From the NCBI GenBank assembly GCA_001779915.1, contig MFEJ01000007.1:1-33045 (forward strand): DNA of 33,045 nucleotides, read 5' to 3'. This document shows, piece after piece, positions 17,505 to 25,892 of this stretch (its first letter is position 1; the number at the start of each line of letters is the position of its first letter). The notes beneath the pieces are model-generated. The model saw only the letters and a program-made list of their open reading frames with translations. It was not told the DNA's origin and made no database searches. The stretch is from Candidatus Doudnabacteria bacterium RIFCSPHIGHO2_01_FULL_45_18. Its GTDB lineage: Bacteria; Patescibacteriota; Doudnabacteria; UBA920; O2-02-FULL-48-8. Position numbers and translations under genes: made by a program.

Positions 17505-18472
17505 TGACAAATCTTGAGCTGTTTGAATACTCCCTAAAAAATCCAGAGCCTCTCATTGATGAGGCTTATGTTAAGTCAGAGAATATAATTCTTGCAAAAT
17601 ATGGAAAAAAACCTAATAAATTAATGGTCACTAATATTGAGCTCTTGGAGAATATTGTAGCTTATAAGGTTGCCCTCAAGTCCGGGAATTCAAAAGCATT
17701 AAGAGAAGCTATCGATAATATTCGTGTATGTCTAAAAACAACTGGTATCAATTATTCAGAATTTCCTAGTTTTTGGGCGGTTACTGATGTATCCCACAGT
17801 AGTTATAAGAAGTTGTCAGAGAGCGAACAAATAGAATTTCTTGAAAATGTTCTAAAGAAGTACATTAAACACAGGCATCCAATATATTCAGGGTACGGCT
17901 ATACTCACAGCACTTTACAGGTTGGCAAGGACGCAAAGGCTCATAAACAGAGCGGCGTTTTGGGAATTAAAAAAGTTTGCAGCATTCTAAATAAAAAAAG
18001 ATTTCATGCTTTAGGGGATTTAAGCCTTAAGAATTTGAAGGCAAAAAATTTAGTTTATATAAGTACTGATAAAACTGGTAAAAAGTTGTTTAAAGAAATT
18101 ATAAAACAATATAGTATTAGTTTTATGTGGGGTAAAAAATCAGATGATAAGATGCCTGATATTCTATTTAAAATTAAAAACCATTTTTTTATTGTTGAAC
18201 ACAAACATATGAAGGAAGGGGGAGGTGGACAGAATAAACAGATAAATGAAGTAATAAAATTTATTAGTTACTCTGAGCCTAGGTCAAGCAAGAGGATCCA
18301 TTACATCACATTTCTAGACGGTTTATATTTTAATCTGCTTAACAGAACTTTCAAGAAAAAGAGTAAAGTCCCAACCCAAGTTGCAAATATAAAAAAGGCT
18401 CTTCGACAGAACGAAAATAACTACTTTGTTAACACCGCCGGATTCAAAGAATTACTAGAACAAGTAATATGA
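17504..18472 (+). CDS. Putative type II restriction endonuclease (PD-(D/E)xK)
   Basis: PDILF...IVEHK...GGGQ motif; TAATG translational coupling to the MTase; low GC. Confidence 0.7.
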   Translation: MTNLELFEYSLKNPEPLIDEAYVKSENIILAKYGKKPNKLMVTNIELLENIVAYKVALKSGNSKALREAIDNIRVCLKTTGINYSEFPSFWAVTDVSHSSYKKLSESEQIEFLENVLKKYIKHRHPIYSGYGYTHSTLQVGKDAKAHKQSGVLGIKKVCSILNKKRFHALGDLSLKNLKAKNLVYISTDKTGKKLFKEIIKQYSISFMWGKKSDDKMPDILFKIKNHFFIVEHKHMKEGGGGQNKQINEVIKFISYSEPRSSKRIHYITFLDGLYFNLLNRTFKKKSKVPTQVANIKKALRQNENNYFVNTAGFKELLEQVI

Positions 18473-18490
18473 AAACAATCATTGTATTTT

Positions 18491-18712
18491 ATGTTGCTTG
18501 ACTTTGCCTCATATGTTTTGTTAGTTATGATTTTTTATGACTTTTCTTTACATTTTATAGAATTGATGGGGTGGCAAAGGTTCTTTGTCCCTCGGAGGAA
18601 TATATTTTCCTATTATTGGCCGGTGCCGAATAATCGAAAAAATTATACAATATTTTGGACAGCATATTGGGGGATAGCTTTTGTTCTGTTGCTGATTTAT
18701 GCTTGTAATTAA
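18491..18712 (+). CDS. Small hypothetical membrane protein
   Basis: Two hydrophobic segments; start uncertain. Confidence 0.5.
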   Translation: MLLDFASYVLLVMIFYDFSLHFIELMGWQRFFVPRRNIFSYYWPVPNNRKNYTIFWTAYWGIAFVLLLIYACN

Positions 18713-18720
18713 CTAATTTT

Positions 18721-19041
18721 ATGGCACCAATAATTTATATTGCAATTGGGTTTTTGTTTGGGGTAGCATTTGCCAAGTGGCGGTTTGATTCCCAGATGCG
18801 AGCGCATCCTGCCGTTAAACATAAAATTATCAACCCGGCTCAAATGGAAAGCCGGCAGGAGAATTTGGAGAAGATTTTGGAATTACTCAAACAACATGAC
18901 GAACTGACGAATGATATTGTTGAGAAAGCGCTCGGGGTTTCGGACGCGACAGCCGAGCGATATTTGCAGGAACTGGAAAGTCAGGGCAAATTGACCCAAG
19001 TCGGCCAGCGCGGCAAATATGTTATTTATAAAGCAGTTTAA
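18721..19041 (+). CDS. Membrane-anchored DeoR-like winged-HTH protein
   Basis: N-terminal TM; TND.VE..LGVSDATA.RYL.ELE..G...QVG. Confidence 0.75.
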   Translation: MAPIIYIAIGFLFGVAFAKWRFDSQMRAHPAVKHKIINPAQMESRQENLEKILELLKQHDELTNDIVEKALGVSDATAERYLQELESQGKLTQVGQRGKYVIYKAV

Positions 19042-19042
19042 A

Positions 19043-19070
19043 GCCTCAACCACACGGTTGAGCCATTAAA
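19043..19070 (-). repeat. Right 28-bp inverted repeat of the R-M island
   Basis: GCCTCAACCACACGGTTGAGCCATTAAA; overlaps the GIY-YIG start codon by one base. Confidence 0.85.
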
Positions 19071-19345
19071 TGTACCATCTCTATATTCTCAAGTGTGTGG
19101 ATCGGACTTTATATACTGGCATCACAGTTGATCTTGCGCGTCGAGTCAGAGAACACAACTCAACCAAGCTCGGCGCCAAATATACCTTCAGCAGAAGGCC
19201 CGTAAAACTTGTTTACTCAAAAAGATTTAGAACTAAATCTCCCGCCCTGAAGGCCGAATATCGAATCAAACAATTATCCCGCAAGGAAAAATTAAAGCTT
19301 ATAAAATCCAAAAGGCTCGAAACTGGCTCGAGCCTCGCAATGTAA
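19070..19345 (+). CDS. GIY-YIG nuclease (UPF0213/YhbQ-like)
   Basis: YILKC.D.TLYTGIT.DL.RR..EHN...GAKYT..RRPV.LVY and A...E..IK motifs. Confidence 0.9.
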   Translation: MYHLYILKCVDRTLYTGITVDLARRVREHNSTKLGAKYTFSRRPVKLVYSKRFRTKSPALKAEYRIKQLSRKEKLKLIKSKRLETGSSLAM

Positions 19346-19396
19346 ATTTGTAATAGTAGATAATAGTCCGCCGACAATAATTGATACTTGTCTCAG

Positions 19397-19417
19397 GAAA
19401 ACCGGGGTTGTCCCCGG
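19397..19417 (-). terminator. Probable terminator of the 19495-19704 transcript
   Basis: Minus strand CCGGGG-ACAA-CCCCGG-TTTT. Confidence 0.55.
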
Positions 19418-19494
19418 AAACTAACAGACCCGATGTCTGCGTTTTTGGTTCTACCTGCGTTCACCTCCTTGGTGATTGTTGCGGTTTGTTCAGT

Positions 19495-19704
19495 CTATCC
19501 TCGACGCTGAACGTTGGTGACGTTGCCGTCGCCATCACGCGTGACCTGGATGTCGTTGGGTCCCATGCCGTTTGGCACAGGCCAGCTGGTTTCCGGTCGG
19601 GAGGACTCCCGGACCGAGTTGTCCGGGTTGTACGTGACCGAGTGGCCGGAGTCGTTCCGGTCCGTGTGCGAGCCGTCGCCGTGGTGTTCGACTGTCTTTC
19701 CCAT
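19495..19704 (-). CDS. 69-aa hydrophilic hypothetical protein (SD-led stand-alone gene)
   Basis: TAAGGAGG 6 nt before ATG; TTGACA-17-TAGATT promoter (19770-19798). Confidence 0.65.
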   Translation of the reverse strand: MGKTVEHHGDGSHTDRNDSGHSVTYNPDNSVRESSRPETSWPVPNGMGPNDIQVTRDGDGNVTNVQRRG

Positions 19705-19769
19705 GATGACCCTCCTTAGGGGGTATCAATATGGGTTTACGAATTGGAAGCAGGATTGCTTCCAACAAT

Positions 19770-19842
19770 AATCTATTATTTTTATCTATATTTGTCAATG
19801 GTCGTTTTTAGTATTGACAAATCTTCGGTAGAGGTGTAGACT
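19770..19842. promoter_or_regulatory. Back-to-back divergent sigma70 promoters
   Basis: Minus: TTGACA(19798-19793)-17-TAGATT. Plus: TTGACA(19814-19819)-17-TAGACT(19837-19842). Confidence 0.75.
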
Positions 19843-19908
19843 GTGCAGTTGCATGTCAAAGGTATTAGGGCAGCAATTCAACGCGGTTTTTTTTGAGGAG
19901 GAGACAGT

Positions 19909-20196
19909 ATGGTCTACGAGAGTCAGTCCGAGACAAGCGAGGTTGAGGTAGAGGTGATTGCGCTCCCAGAGGGCGCATTCCACGTCGCCTCATTCATCAA
20001 CGGCATCGCGTACGAGGCCAGCCGACAGGATTTCAACTTGAAGGCGATTGGGATCATGATCGGCGATTTGCACAGCCGGACTCGGCAAGACGCGATCAGA
20101 GCTTTCGAGACCCAGATGGTCCGCGAGAGCCTCGAAGTCATCCGCCGCCGGCTTCCAGGAGTGCACCGGCATCTGTTGGCCCTGACCAGCCTCTAA
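19909..20196 (+). CDS. Hypothetical protein (SD-led stand-alone gene)
   Basis: GAGGAGG 7 nt before ATG; own promoter and terminator. Confidence 0.65.
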   Translation: MVYESQSETSEVEVEVIALPEGAFHVASFINGIAYEASRQDFNLKAIGIMIGDLHSRTRQDAIRAFETQMVRESLEVIRRRLPGVHRHLLALTSL

Positions 20197-20221
20197 GACA
20201 GCCGGTCGGCGCCAGGTTTTC

Positions 20222-20258
20222 AAAGAGCGGGTTGCTGCGCAACTCGCTCTTTCTTTTT
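20222..20258 (+). terminator. Intrinsic terminator
   Basis: AAAGAGCGGGTTGC-TGC-GCAACTCGCTCTTT-CTTTTT. Confidence 0.8.
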
Positions 20259-20321
20259 GTATGCCAACAGGTTGACAATCGGATTTTGTTGGCATATTTT
20301 ATATATATAATGACACAATTT

Positions 20322-21113
20322 ATGATAAAAAAACTCTCTATCTTTGCTTGTCTTTTCTCATTTTTAGTGGCTTTTCCCACTCTTGCTCAATCCACCGGAA
20401 GAACTTTAACTTTGCCAGAGGCGGCTGAACACTCGGCAGTGATTGCTTTGGGCAGCGCCATTGACCCCAAAACTGGAAGTGTGGTAGAAGGATTTATGTT
20501 TGTGGATTATCAGAATGAAAATGCCAAATCCGGCAATGCCCGATCCAACCAACCATCCGGCAATAGTTGCTATGCCTTTTTGGCCAAGGGTGCGAAATGG
20601 AAAACCGTTGAGCCTTGGCTTGTGAATCCCACTAATAGTCGGGGCTTAGATCAAACGTTTGTGTTCAATAATACACAAACTGATATTGCGAAATGGAATG
20701 TTTCAGCTGGAGTCACGATTTTAGGCACCGGGAGCAGCACTTCAGACACTCTTGCGGTCGACACGACCAGTCCTGATGGATCGAACGAAGTTTATTTCGC
20801 TGATGTGAGCACCCAGGGAGTAATTGCAGTCACCACGGTCTGGGGAATATTCTCTGGTCCCACATTCAATCGCCGGTTAGTTGAATGGGACATGGTGATT
20901 GATGATACGGATTTTGACTGGTCAAGCAGCGGTGAGGCTGGTAAAATGGATTTTGAAAATATCATAACTCATGAATTGGGGCATGCCGCGGGCATGGGGC
21001 ATCCGTCCGATTCGTGTCCCGAGGAAACCATGTTCCGGTTTGCAGACAATGGTGAGACGAAGAAGCGGACACTAAATACCGGCGACATTGCCGGCATCCA
21101 GACGCTGTACTAA
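20322..21113 (+). CDS. Secreted matrixin-family (M10-like) zinc metalloprotease
   Basis: Signal peptide; HELGHAAGMGH zinc motif; Met-turn (ETMF); L...DI.GI..LY. Confidence 0.85.
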   Translation: MIKKLSIFACLFSFLVAFPTLAQSTGRTLTLPEAAEHSAVIALGSAIDPKTGSVVEGFMFVDYQNENAKSGNARSNQPSGNSCYAFLAKGAKWKTVEPWLVNPTNSRGLDQTFVFNNTQTDIAKWNVSAGVTILGTGSSTSDTLAVDTTSPDGSNEVYFADVSTQGVIAVTTVWGIFSGPTFNRRLVEWDMVIDDTDFDWSSSGEAGKMDFENIITHELGHAAGMGHPSDSCPEETMFRFADNGETKKRTLNTGDIAGIQTLY

Positions 21114-21125
21114 TAATTTAAGATC

Positions 21126-21159
21126 AGAAAAGGGGCAATTACCGGCTCCTTTTCTTTTT
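21126..21159. terminator. Bidirectional terminator
   Basis: AGAAAAGGGGC...GCTCCTTTTCTTTTT. Confidence 0.65.
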
Positions 21160-21176
21160 GGAAAAAAAAGCCAGAC

Positions 21177-21413
21177 TCATGGTCCGGCTTGGGTGCGTGC
21201 CTGTTGCTCAAGTTCCGCGATTCTTGCTTGCGCGGCTTGGCGATACGTCTCATGCAGGGTATTGCTCGTCGCGAAAGTCTGCAGAAACTTGAGATCGTCA
21301 ATGCGACGTATGGCTTTGACGCGTGTCTTCGGTGAGTGATTGCCGTTGGTGGCTTGATACTTGAGCTCATCTTGCGTCACGAACGTGGGAATCCGTCTTC
21401 TGACACCCGGCAT
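21177..21413 (-). CDS. Small helical hypothetical protein (SD-led stand-alone gene)
   Basis: AGGAGGT just upstream of ATG; TTTACA-17-TAAACT promoter (21438-21466). Confidence 0.65.
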   Translation of the reverse strand: MPGVRRRIPTFVTQDELKYQATNGNHSPKTRVKAIRRIDDLKFLQTFATSNTLHETYRQAAQARIAELEQQARTQAGP

Positions 21414-21502
21414 GAAACCTCCTACTGGTTAGCAGGAAGTTTATCAGAATAGTGGGCCTGTGTAAATACTAATTGTCTCGTTTTGCTGATATACTATGCT
21501 CA

Positions 21503-22645
21503 ATGTTTACCATTACTAAAAAAGATCCGCAGTCTAAAGCGCGGACCGGTGTCATCAAAACCGCGCATGGGGAAGTCCAGACACCCGTGTTTTTACCAAT
21601 TGGCACGAAAGGGGCGATCAAATCCATCGCGGCCGAGGAACTCAAATTCTGGGGCGCGGAAATGATTTTGGCCAACACGTATCATCTCTGGCTTAGGCCT
21701 GGGGATGCTTTGATTGCGAAAGCCGGGGGCTTACATAAATTTATGAATTGGAAAGACGCGATTTTTACGGACTCCGGCGGCTTTCAAGTTTTTTCACTTG
21801 GCAAAATGGTGAAAGTAAACGAACAAGGCGTCAAATTTCAATCTGACCTGGATGGCTCGACCCACATTCTTACTCCCGAAATTTCCGTTCAGATTCAGCT
21901 GAATTTGGGATCAGACATTGCGGTGGTGTTGGATGAGTTTCCGGGATTTCCCGCGACCGAAAAACAGGCTGAGCTTTCCGTGAAGCGTACAACCGCGTGG
22001 GCCAAGCGCGCGATTCACGAGCACGTAAAACTTTTGGCAGGTTCAATCAACCCAGGGCAAATGCAATGGGGCATTGTGCAAGGTTCAACTTATAAACATT
22101 TACGAAAGCAAGCGGCCGAAGAAATTGTGGGTTTAGGATTTAAAGGTTTTTGTATTGGCGGGGTGGCCGTGGGTGAGCCAGAAGAACAGATGTTTCAGGC
22201 CGTCAATGATGCGATTCCACACTTGCCCGAAGATTCACCCAAGCATTTGCTTGGGGTCGGAACACCAGCGCAAATTGTTGCCGCCGTGGCCCTTGGTTGC
22301 GACAGTTTTGATTGCGTGATCCCAACACGCGAGGCGCGGCATGGGAAATTTTATGCGAACCTAAAACCCCAAGATGGGGAGGGGTACTACACTTTAAATA
22401 TCATGAATGAAAAATTTAAAGAAGACTTTTCTCCAATTGATAACACTTGCAACTGCTATGCTTGCGGTAATTTTACGCGCGCTTATATCCGGCATTTGTT
22501 TATGTCAGACGAACCTTTGGGAATCCGCCTTGCCACCATGCACAACCTGCGATTTTATCTAAATCTCATGCAACGGATCCGAGAGAACATCGAAACAGAA
22601 AAATTCGGGGAGTTTGTAACACAATACAAAGAGCACAAAATGTGA
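21503..22645 (+). CDS. tgt: tRNA-guanine transglycosylase
   Basis: ANTYHL, TDSGGFQVFSL, GIVQG, FDCV.PTR, C.CY.C and HNL motifs. Confidence 0.97.
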   Translation: MFTITKKDPQSKARTGVIKTAHGEVQTPVFLPIGTKGAIKSIAAEELKFWGAEMILANTYHLWLRPGDALIAKAGGLHKFMNWKDAIFTDSGGFQVFSLGKMVKVNEQGVKFQSDLDGSTHILTPEISVQIQLNLGSDIAVVLDEFPGFPATEKQAELSVKRTTAWAKRAIHEHVKLLAGSINPGQMQWGIVQGSTYKHLRKQAAEEIVGLGFKGFCIGGVAVGEPEEQMFQAVNDAIPHLPEDSPKHLLGVGTPAQIVAAVALGCDSFDCVIPTREARHGKFYANLKPQDGEGYYTLNIMNEKFKEDFSPIDNTCNCYACGNFTRAYIRHLFMSDEPLGIRLATMHNLRFYLNLMQRIRENIETEKFGEFVTQYKEHKM

Positions 22646-22676
22646 TATATTGAGGCAAACTCGGATTGGAGGAAGC

Positions 22677-23021
22677 ATGAAGGTAATCCGAAACGCGCAT
22701 CCACGGGGTGTTGTCAGTTTGGATCTGATTGGCGACTGTCTCAGCGCATCTGATCGGCACGTGCTGGCTGCTGCGATTCAGCGTGAGCTGGATCAGGCTG
22801 TCACCAGGATCATCTTGCGCATGAATGACCTGGCCCAGATTGATGAGGCCGGCGTTGGCTACATCACGGTGTTTTCAAACACCATTCGTAGCGCGAATGG
22901 GTCTCTGGCTCTCACAGGCGTTGACAACGTGCGAGTAGCTTTAAAGAACGCGGAGTCCAGACTCGACATTTTTCCAGATGAAGCCGCGGCCCTGGCCCAC
23001 ATCAGTGCCCAGACCGTTTAG
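22677..23021 (+). CDS. Divergent STAS / anti-sigma-factor-antagonist-like protein (SD-led stand-alone gene)
   Basis: LDL.G...IIL.M..L..IDEAGVG...G.LAL.G...IF.DE..AL pattern; GGAGG SD. Confidence 0.7.
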   Translation: MKVIRNAHPRGVVSLDLIGDCLSASDRHVLAAAIQRELDQAVTRIILRMNDLAQIDEAGVGYITVFSNTIRSANGSLALTGVDNVRVALKNAESRLDIFPDEAAALAHISAQTV

Positions 23022-23034
23022 TGTATAAGCGGCC

Positions 23035-23079
23035 CGCCCGCCCAAACGATATAGTCGTTCGGGCGGGTCTTCTTTTTTT
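23035..23079 (+). terminator. Intrinsic terminator
   Basis: CCCGCCCAAACGA...TCGTTCGGGCGGG followed by a T-tract. Confidence 0.75.
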
Positions 23080-23164
23080 GTCAAAATTATGTTAAGATTG
23101 GTTTACAGAAAGGGCAACACAGCCAGCATGGGATTCAACCCACGCATCCAGTGTTGTTAAAAAT

Positions 23165-24514
23165 ATGAAGAAACAAGAAGATAATCTTATGGATAAAATC
23201 ATTAGCCTCGCCAAACGGCGTGGTTTTATATTTCCAGGGTCCGAAATTTACGGGGGACTCGCGAATAGTTATGATTATGGACCACTAGGAACTGAATTAT
23301 TTAGAAATATTCAGAATTTGTGGTGGAAAAAAATTGTGCAAGAAAGACCAGACATGGTCGGTATCAGAGGTCCGATCATAATGAATGCTAAAGTTTGGGA
23401 AGCATCAGGACATGTGAAAAATTTTACTGATCCTTTGGTGGAGTGCAAGATTTGTCACGTTCGAATGCGCGCGGATAAACTGAAAGATATTGCCGAACAC
23501 GAAAAAACCCACGCCGGTAAAAAAGTAGAGTGGACTGAAGCCAAGAATTTTAATCTACTATTTAAAACTTTTATCGGTACCACAGAAGACAGTAAGTCTA
23601 CGGTTTACTTACGAGGCGAAACAGCACAAACCATGTTCACGGATTTTAAATTAGTTTTGGAAACTATGCGCAAAAAACTGCCATTTGGGATTGCGCAAAT
23701 TGGTCGCTCATTCCGCAACGAGATTACGACTGGTAATCTAATTTTCCGGACGAAGGAGTTTACAATCGCTGAATTGGAATATTTTGTTAAACCCGGTGAG
23801 GACGATAAAGCTTACGAAGAATGGCTTGATTATCAACAGGACTTTTTCGTAAAAGATTTGAAATTAAAACAAGAAAATATTAAAAAAGTTGAATTACCAA
23901 AAGACGAACTCGCTCATTATTCTAAGCGCACTGTAGATACTTATTACAATTTTCCATTTGGTTGGGACGAAATTGCAGGAATTGCCAACAGAACTGATTA
24001 TGATTTAAAAAATCACATTGATATGTCTGGTGCCAATCTGAAAGTTAAAGACGAGGAAAGCCAAACAGAGTATATTCCCTATGTTGTGGAACCAACTTTT
24101 GGATTGGATCGGATAATGCTTGCGGTTTTAATCGACGCATATTCCGAATCCGAAGCCAGATCCGGCAAAGAGGACGCCGTGCACGAAACGGAAGTGACGC
24201 TCCGCTTATCGAAAGAATTGGCGCCCATTAAGATTGCGATTTTGCCGCTTTCACGCAAAGACGAATTGATTAAACCCGCGGAAAAGATTTTGCAACAATT
24301 GCACAAGCATTGGATGTGCCAGTATGACGAAACCGCATCAATCGGCAAACGATATCGTCGGCAAGACGAAATCGGCACGCCTTACTGTGTGACTGTGGAC
24401 TTCGAAACCGTGAATGACCAGGCCGTGACCGTTCGCGACCGCGACACTATGAAACAGGATCGGGTGAAAATTTCTGATTTGATGGATTACTTTAGGGAAA
24501 AATTGCCGTGCTAA
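23165..24514 (+). CDS. glyQS: Glycine--tRNA ligase, alpha2 type
   Basis: KRRGF....EIYGG, LRGETAQ, FRNEIT, IANRTDYDL, IGKRYRRQDEIGTP. Confidence 0.97.
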   Translation: MKKQEDNLMDKIISLAKRRGFIFPGSEIYGGLANSYDYGPLGTELFRNIQNLWWKKIVQERPDMVGIRGPIIMNAKVWEASGHVKNFTDPLVECKICHVRMRADKLKDIAEHEKTHAGKKVEWTEAKNFNLLFKTFIGTTEDSKSTVYLRGETAQTMFTDFKLVLETMRKKLPFGIAQIGRSFRNEITTGNLIFRTKEFTIAELEYFVKPGEDDKAYEEWLDYQQDFFVKDLKLKQENIKKVELPKDELAHYSKRTVDTYYNFPFGWDEIAGIANRTDYDLKNHIDMSGANLKVKDEESQTEYIPYVVEPTFGLDRIMLAVLIDAYSESEARSGKEDAVHETEVTLRLSKELAPIKIAILPLSRKDELIKPAEKILQQLHKHWMCQYDETASIGKRYRRQDEIGTPYCVTVDFETVNDQAVTVRDRDTMKQDRVKISDLMDYFREKLPC

Positions 24515-25782
24515 AGTCTTACGGAAAAAAAATTCTCAAAAACGGCTTAATCTTACTGACGGTGCCCATAGAAACTGCCGCGTCAGTCACGATCTCATTT
24601 TTTGTCAAAGCCGGCTCGCGCTACGAGGATAAGCGGATCAATGGTTTGTCGCATTTTCTGGAGCACCTGCATTTCAAAGGTTCCAAAAAATATCCAACCG
24701 CCAAAAAATTATCCGAGACTGTGGACTCAATCGGCGGCGAGTTTAATGCCAACACTGGCAAAGAGCACACCCAATACTATATTCGTGCAGCCAGCCAACA
24801 CCTGCCATTGATTTTCGATGTTTTGTCCGACATGATGCAAAATCCCTTGTTTGATGAACGGGAACTGGAACGGGAAAAAGGCGTGATCATCGAAGAAATC
24901 AATATGTACAAAGACAACCCACAAATTCATGTGGAGTCTTTGTTTGAGCAAACCATGTGGCCAAATTCTGCCTTAGGTCGGGATATTGCCGGGACCGCGG
25001 AAGTCATCCGATCAATCAAACGCCAAGACATTCTAGATTATCGACAAAGATTCTATCAGCCGGCGAACATGATCGCGGCCATGTCTGGAAATTTTGATCA
25101 AGCTCTGACCGCGAAAATGATCGAAGCTCATTGGGACAAATTGTTAACAAAAAAAGGTTTTACTTTTGAAAAACTACAGAGCAAGCAAACTGCACCAGCC
25201 TTATCCGTGGAAAACAAAGGCACGGAACAGGCGCATATGATCGTGGGATTCCCGGCCTATGGGTATGGCGACAAGAGGAATTACGCGTTGCAAATTTTGG
25301 CCGCGATTTTGGGTGGGGGCATGAGTTCCCGGTTATTCTTAAAAATCCGGGAACGGCAGGGTTTGGCCTATTATGTGGCCTGCTCGCTTAACAATTATTT
25401 GGGAACTGGAAATTTTCTAGTGCGGGCCGGACTGAAGGTTTCCGCCGCACCCAAAGCGTTGGATATGATTTTGGAAGAATTACAGTTGGTTGTAGAAAAC
25501 GGTGTGACGAAAAAAGAATTAGCCAAAGCCAAAGAATATTTGAAAGGCAAATTGGCACTATCCACGGAAGACCCGCACGAGAAGATGGATTGGTATTTAG
25601 GCCAGGAGGCCTTCATCGGCAAAATTAAAATGATTGAAGAGGTTTTTGCTCTTTTGGATGCGGTGACAAGTGAGGATGTGGATCGTGTGGCCAAGGAAAT
25701 TATTCACAATAACCGTTTAAACCTGGCCTTGATTGGTCCCTTTTCGGACAAGAGTATATTTGAGAAGAAATTAAAGTTATAA
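24508..25782 (+). CDS. M16 family (pitrilysin-like) zinc peptidase
   Basis: GSRYE, HFLEH, EK.VI.EEI, LGGGMSSRLF..IRE..GLAY. Confidence 0.93.
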   Translation: MLKSYGKKILKNGLILLTVPIETAASVTISFFVKAGSRYEDKRINGLSHFLEHLHFKGSKKYPTAKKLSETVDSIGGEFNANTGKEHTQYYIRAASQHLPLIFDVLSDMMQNPLFDERELEREKGVIIEEINMYKDNPQIHVESLFEQTMWPNSALGRDIAGTAEVIRSIKRQDILDYRQRFYQPANMIAAMSGNFDQALTAKMIEAHWDKLLTKKGFTFEKLQSKQTAPALSVENKGTEQAHMIVGFPAYGYGDKRNYALQILAAILGGGMSSRLFLKIRERQGLAYYVACSLNNYLGTGNFLVRAGLKVSAAPKALDMILEELQLVVENGVTKKELAKAKEYLKGKLALSTEDPHEKMDWYLGQEAFIGKIKMIEEVFALLDAVTSEDVDRVAKEIIHNNRLNLALIGPFSDKSIFEKKLKL

Positions 25783-25783
25783 C

Positions 25784-25872
25784 GGCGCGGGGTCCTGCCG
25801 CGATTTTCACCCCGCAGGTGCTCACTATCGTTGCGCACCAGCGGGGTCCCCAAAATCGCGTCACCCCTCGCC
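25784..25872. repeat. GC-rich intergenic long palindrome (REP/MITE-like)
   Basis: Nested stems GGCG.GGGGT/ACCCC.CGCC, CGCGATTTT/AAAATCGCG, CCCCGC.GGTGC/GCACC.GCGGGG. Confidence 0.7.
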
Positions 25873-25892
25873 ACTTACATCAAGCTAAACAT

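Noticed and set aside
19381-19798. Alternative overlapping ORFs 19381-19719(+), 19514-19771(+) and 19535-19798(-)
   Set aside because: Only 19495-19704(-) has a matching promoter, SD and terminator.
23070-23098. TTATGTTAAG resembling the XerD arm of a dif site
   Set aside because: There is no XerC-like arm 6 bp upstream (the sequence there is a terminator T-tract); it is better explained as the glyQS promoter region.
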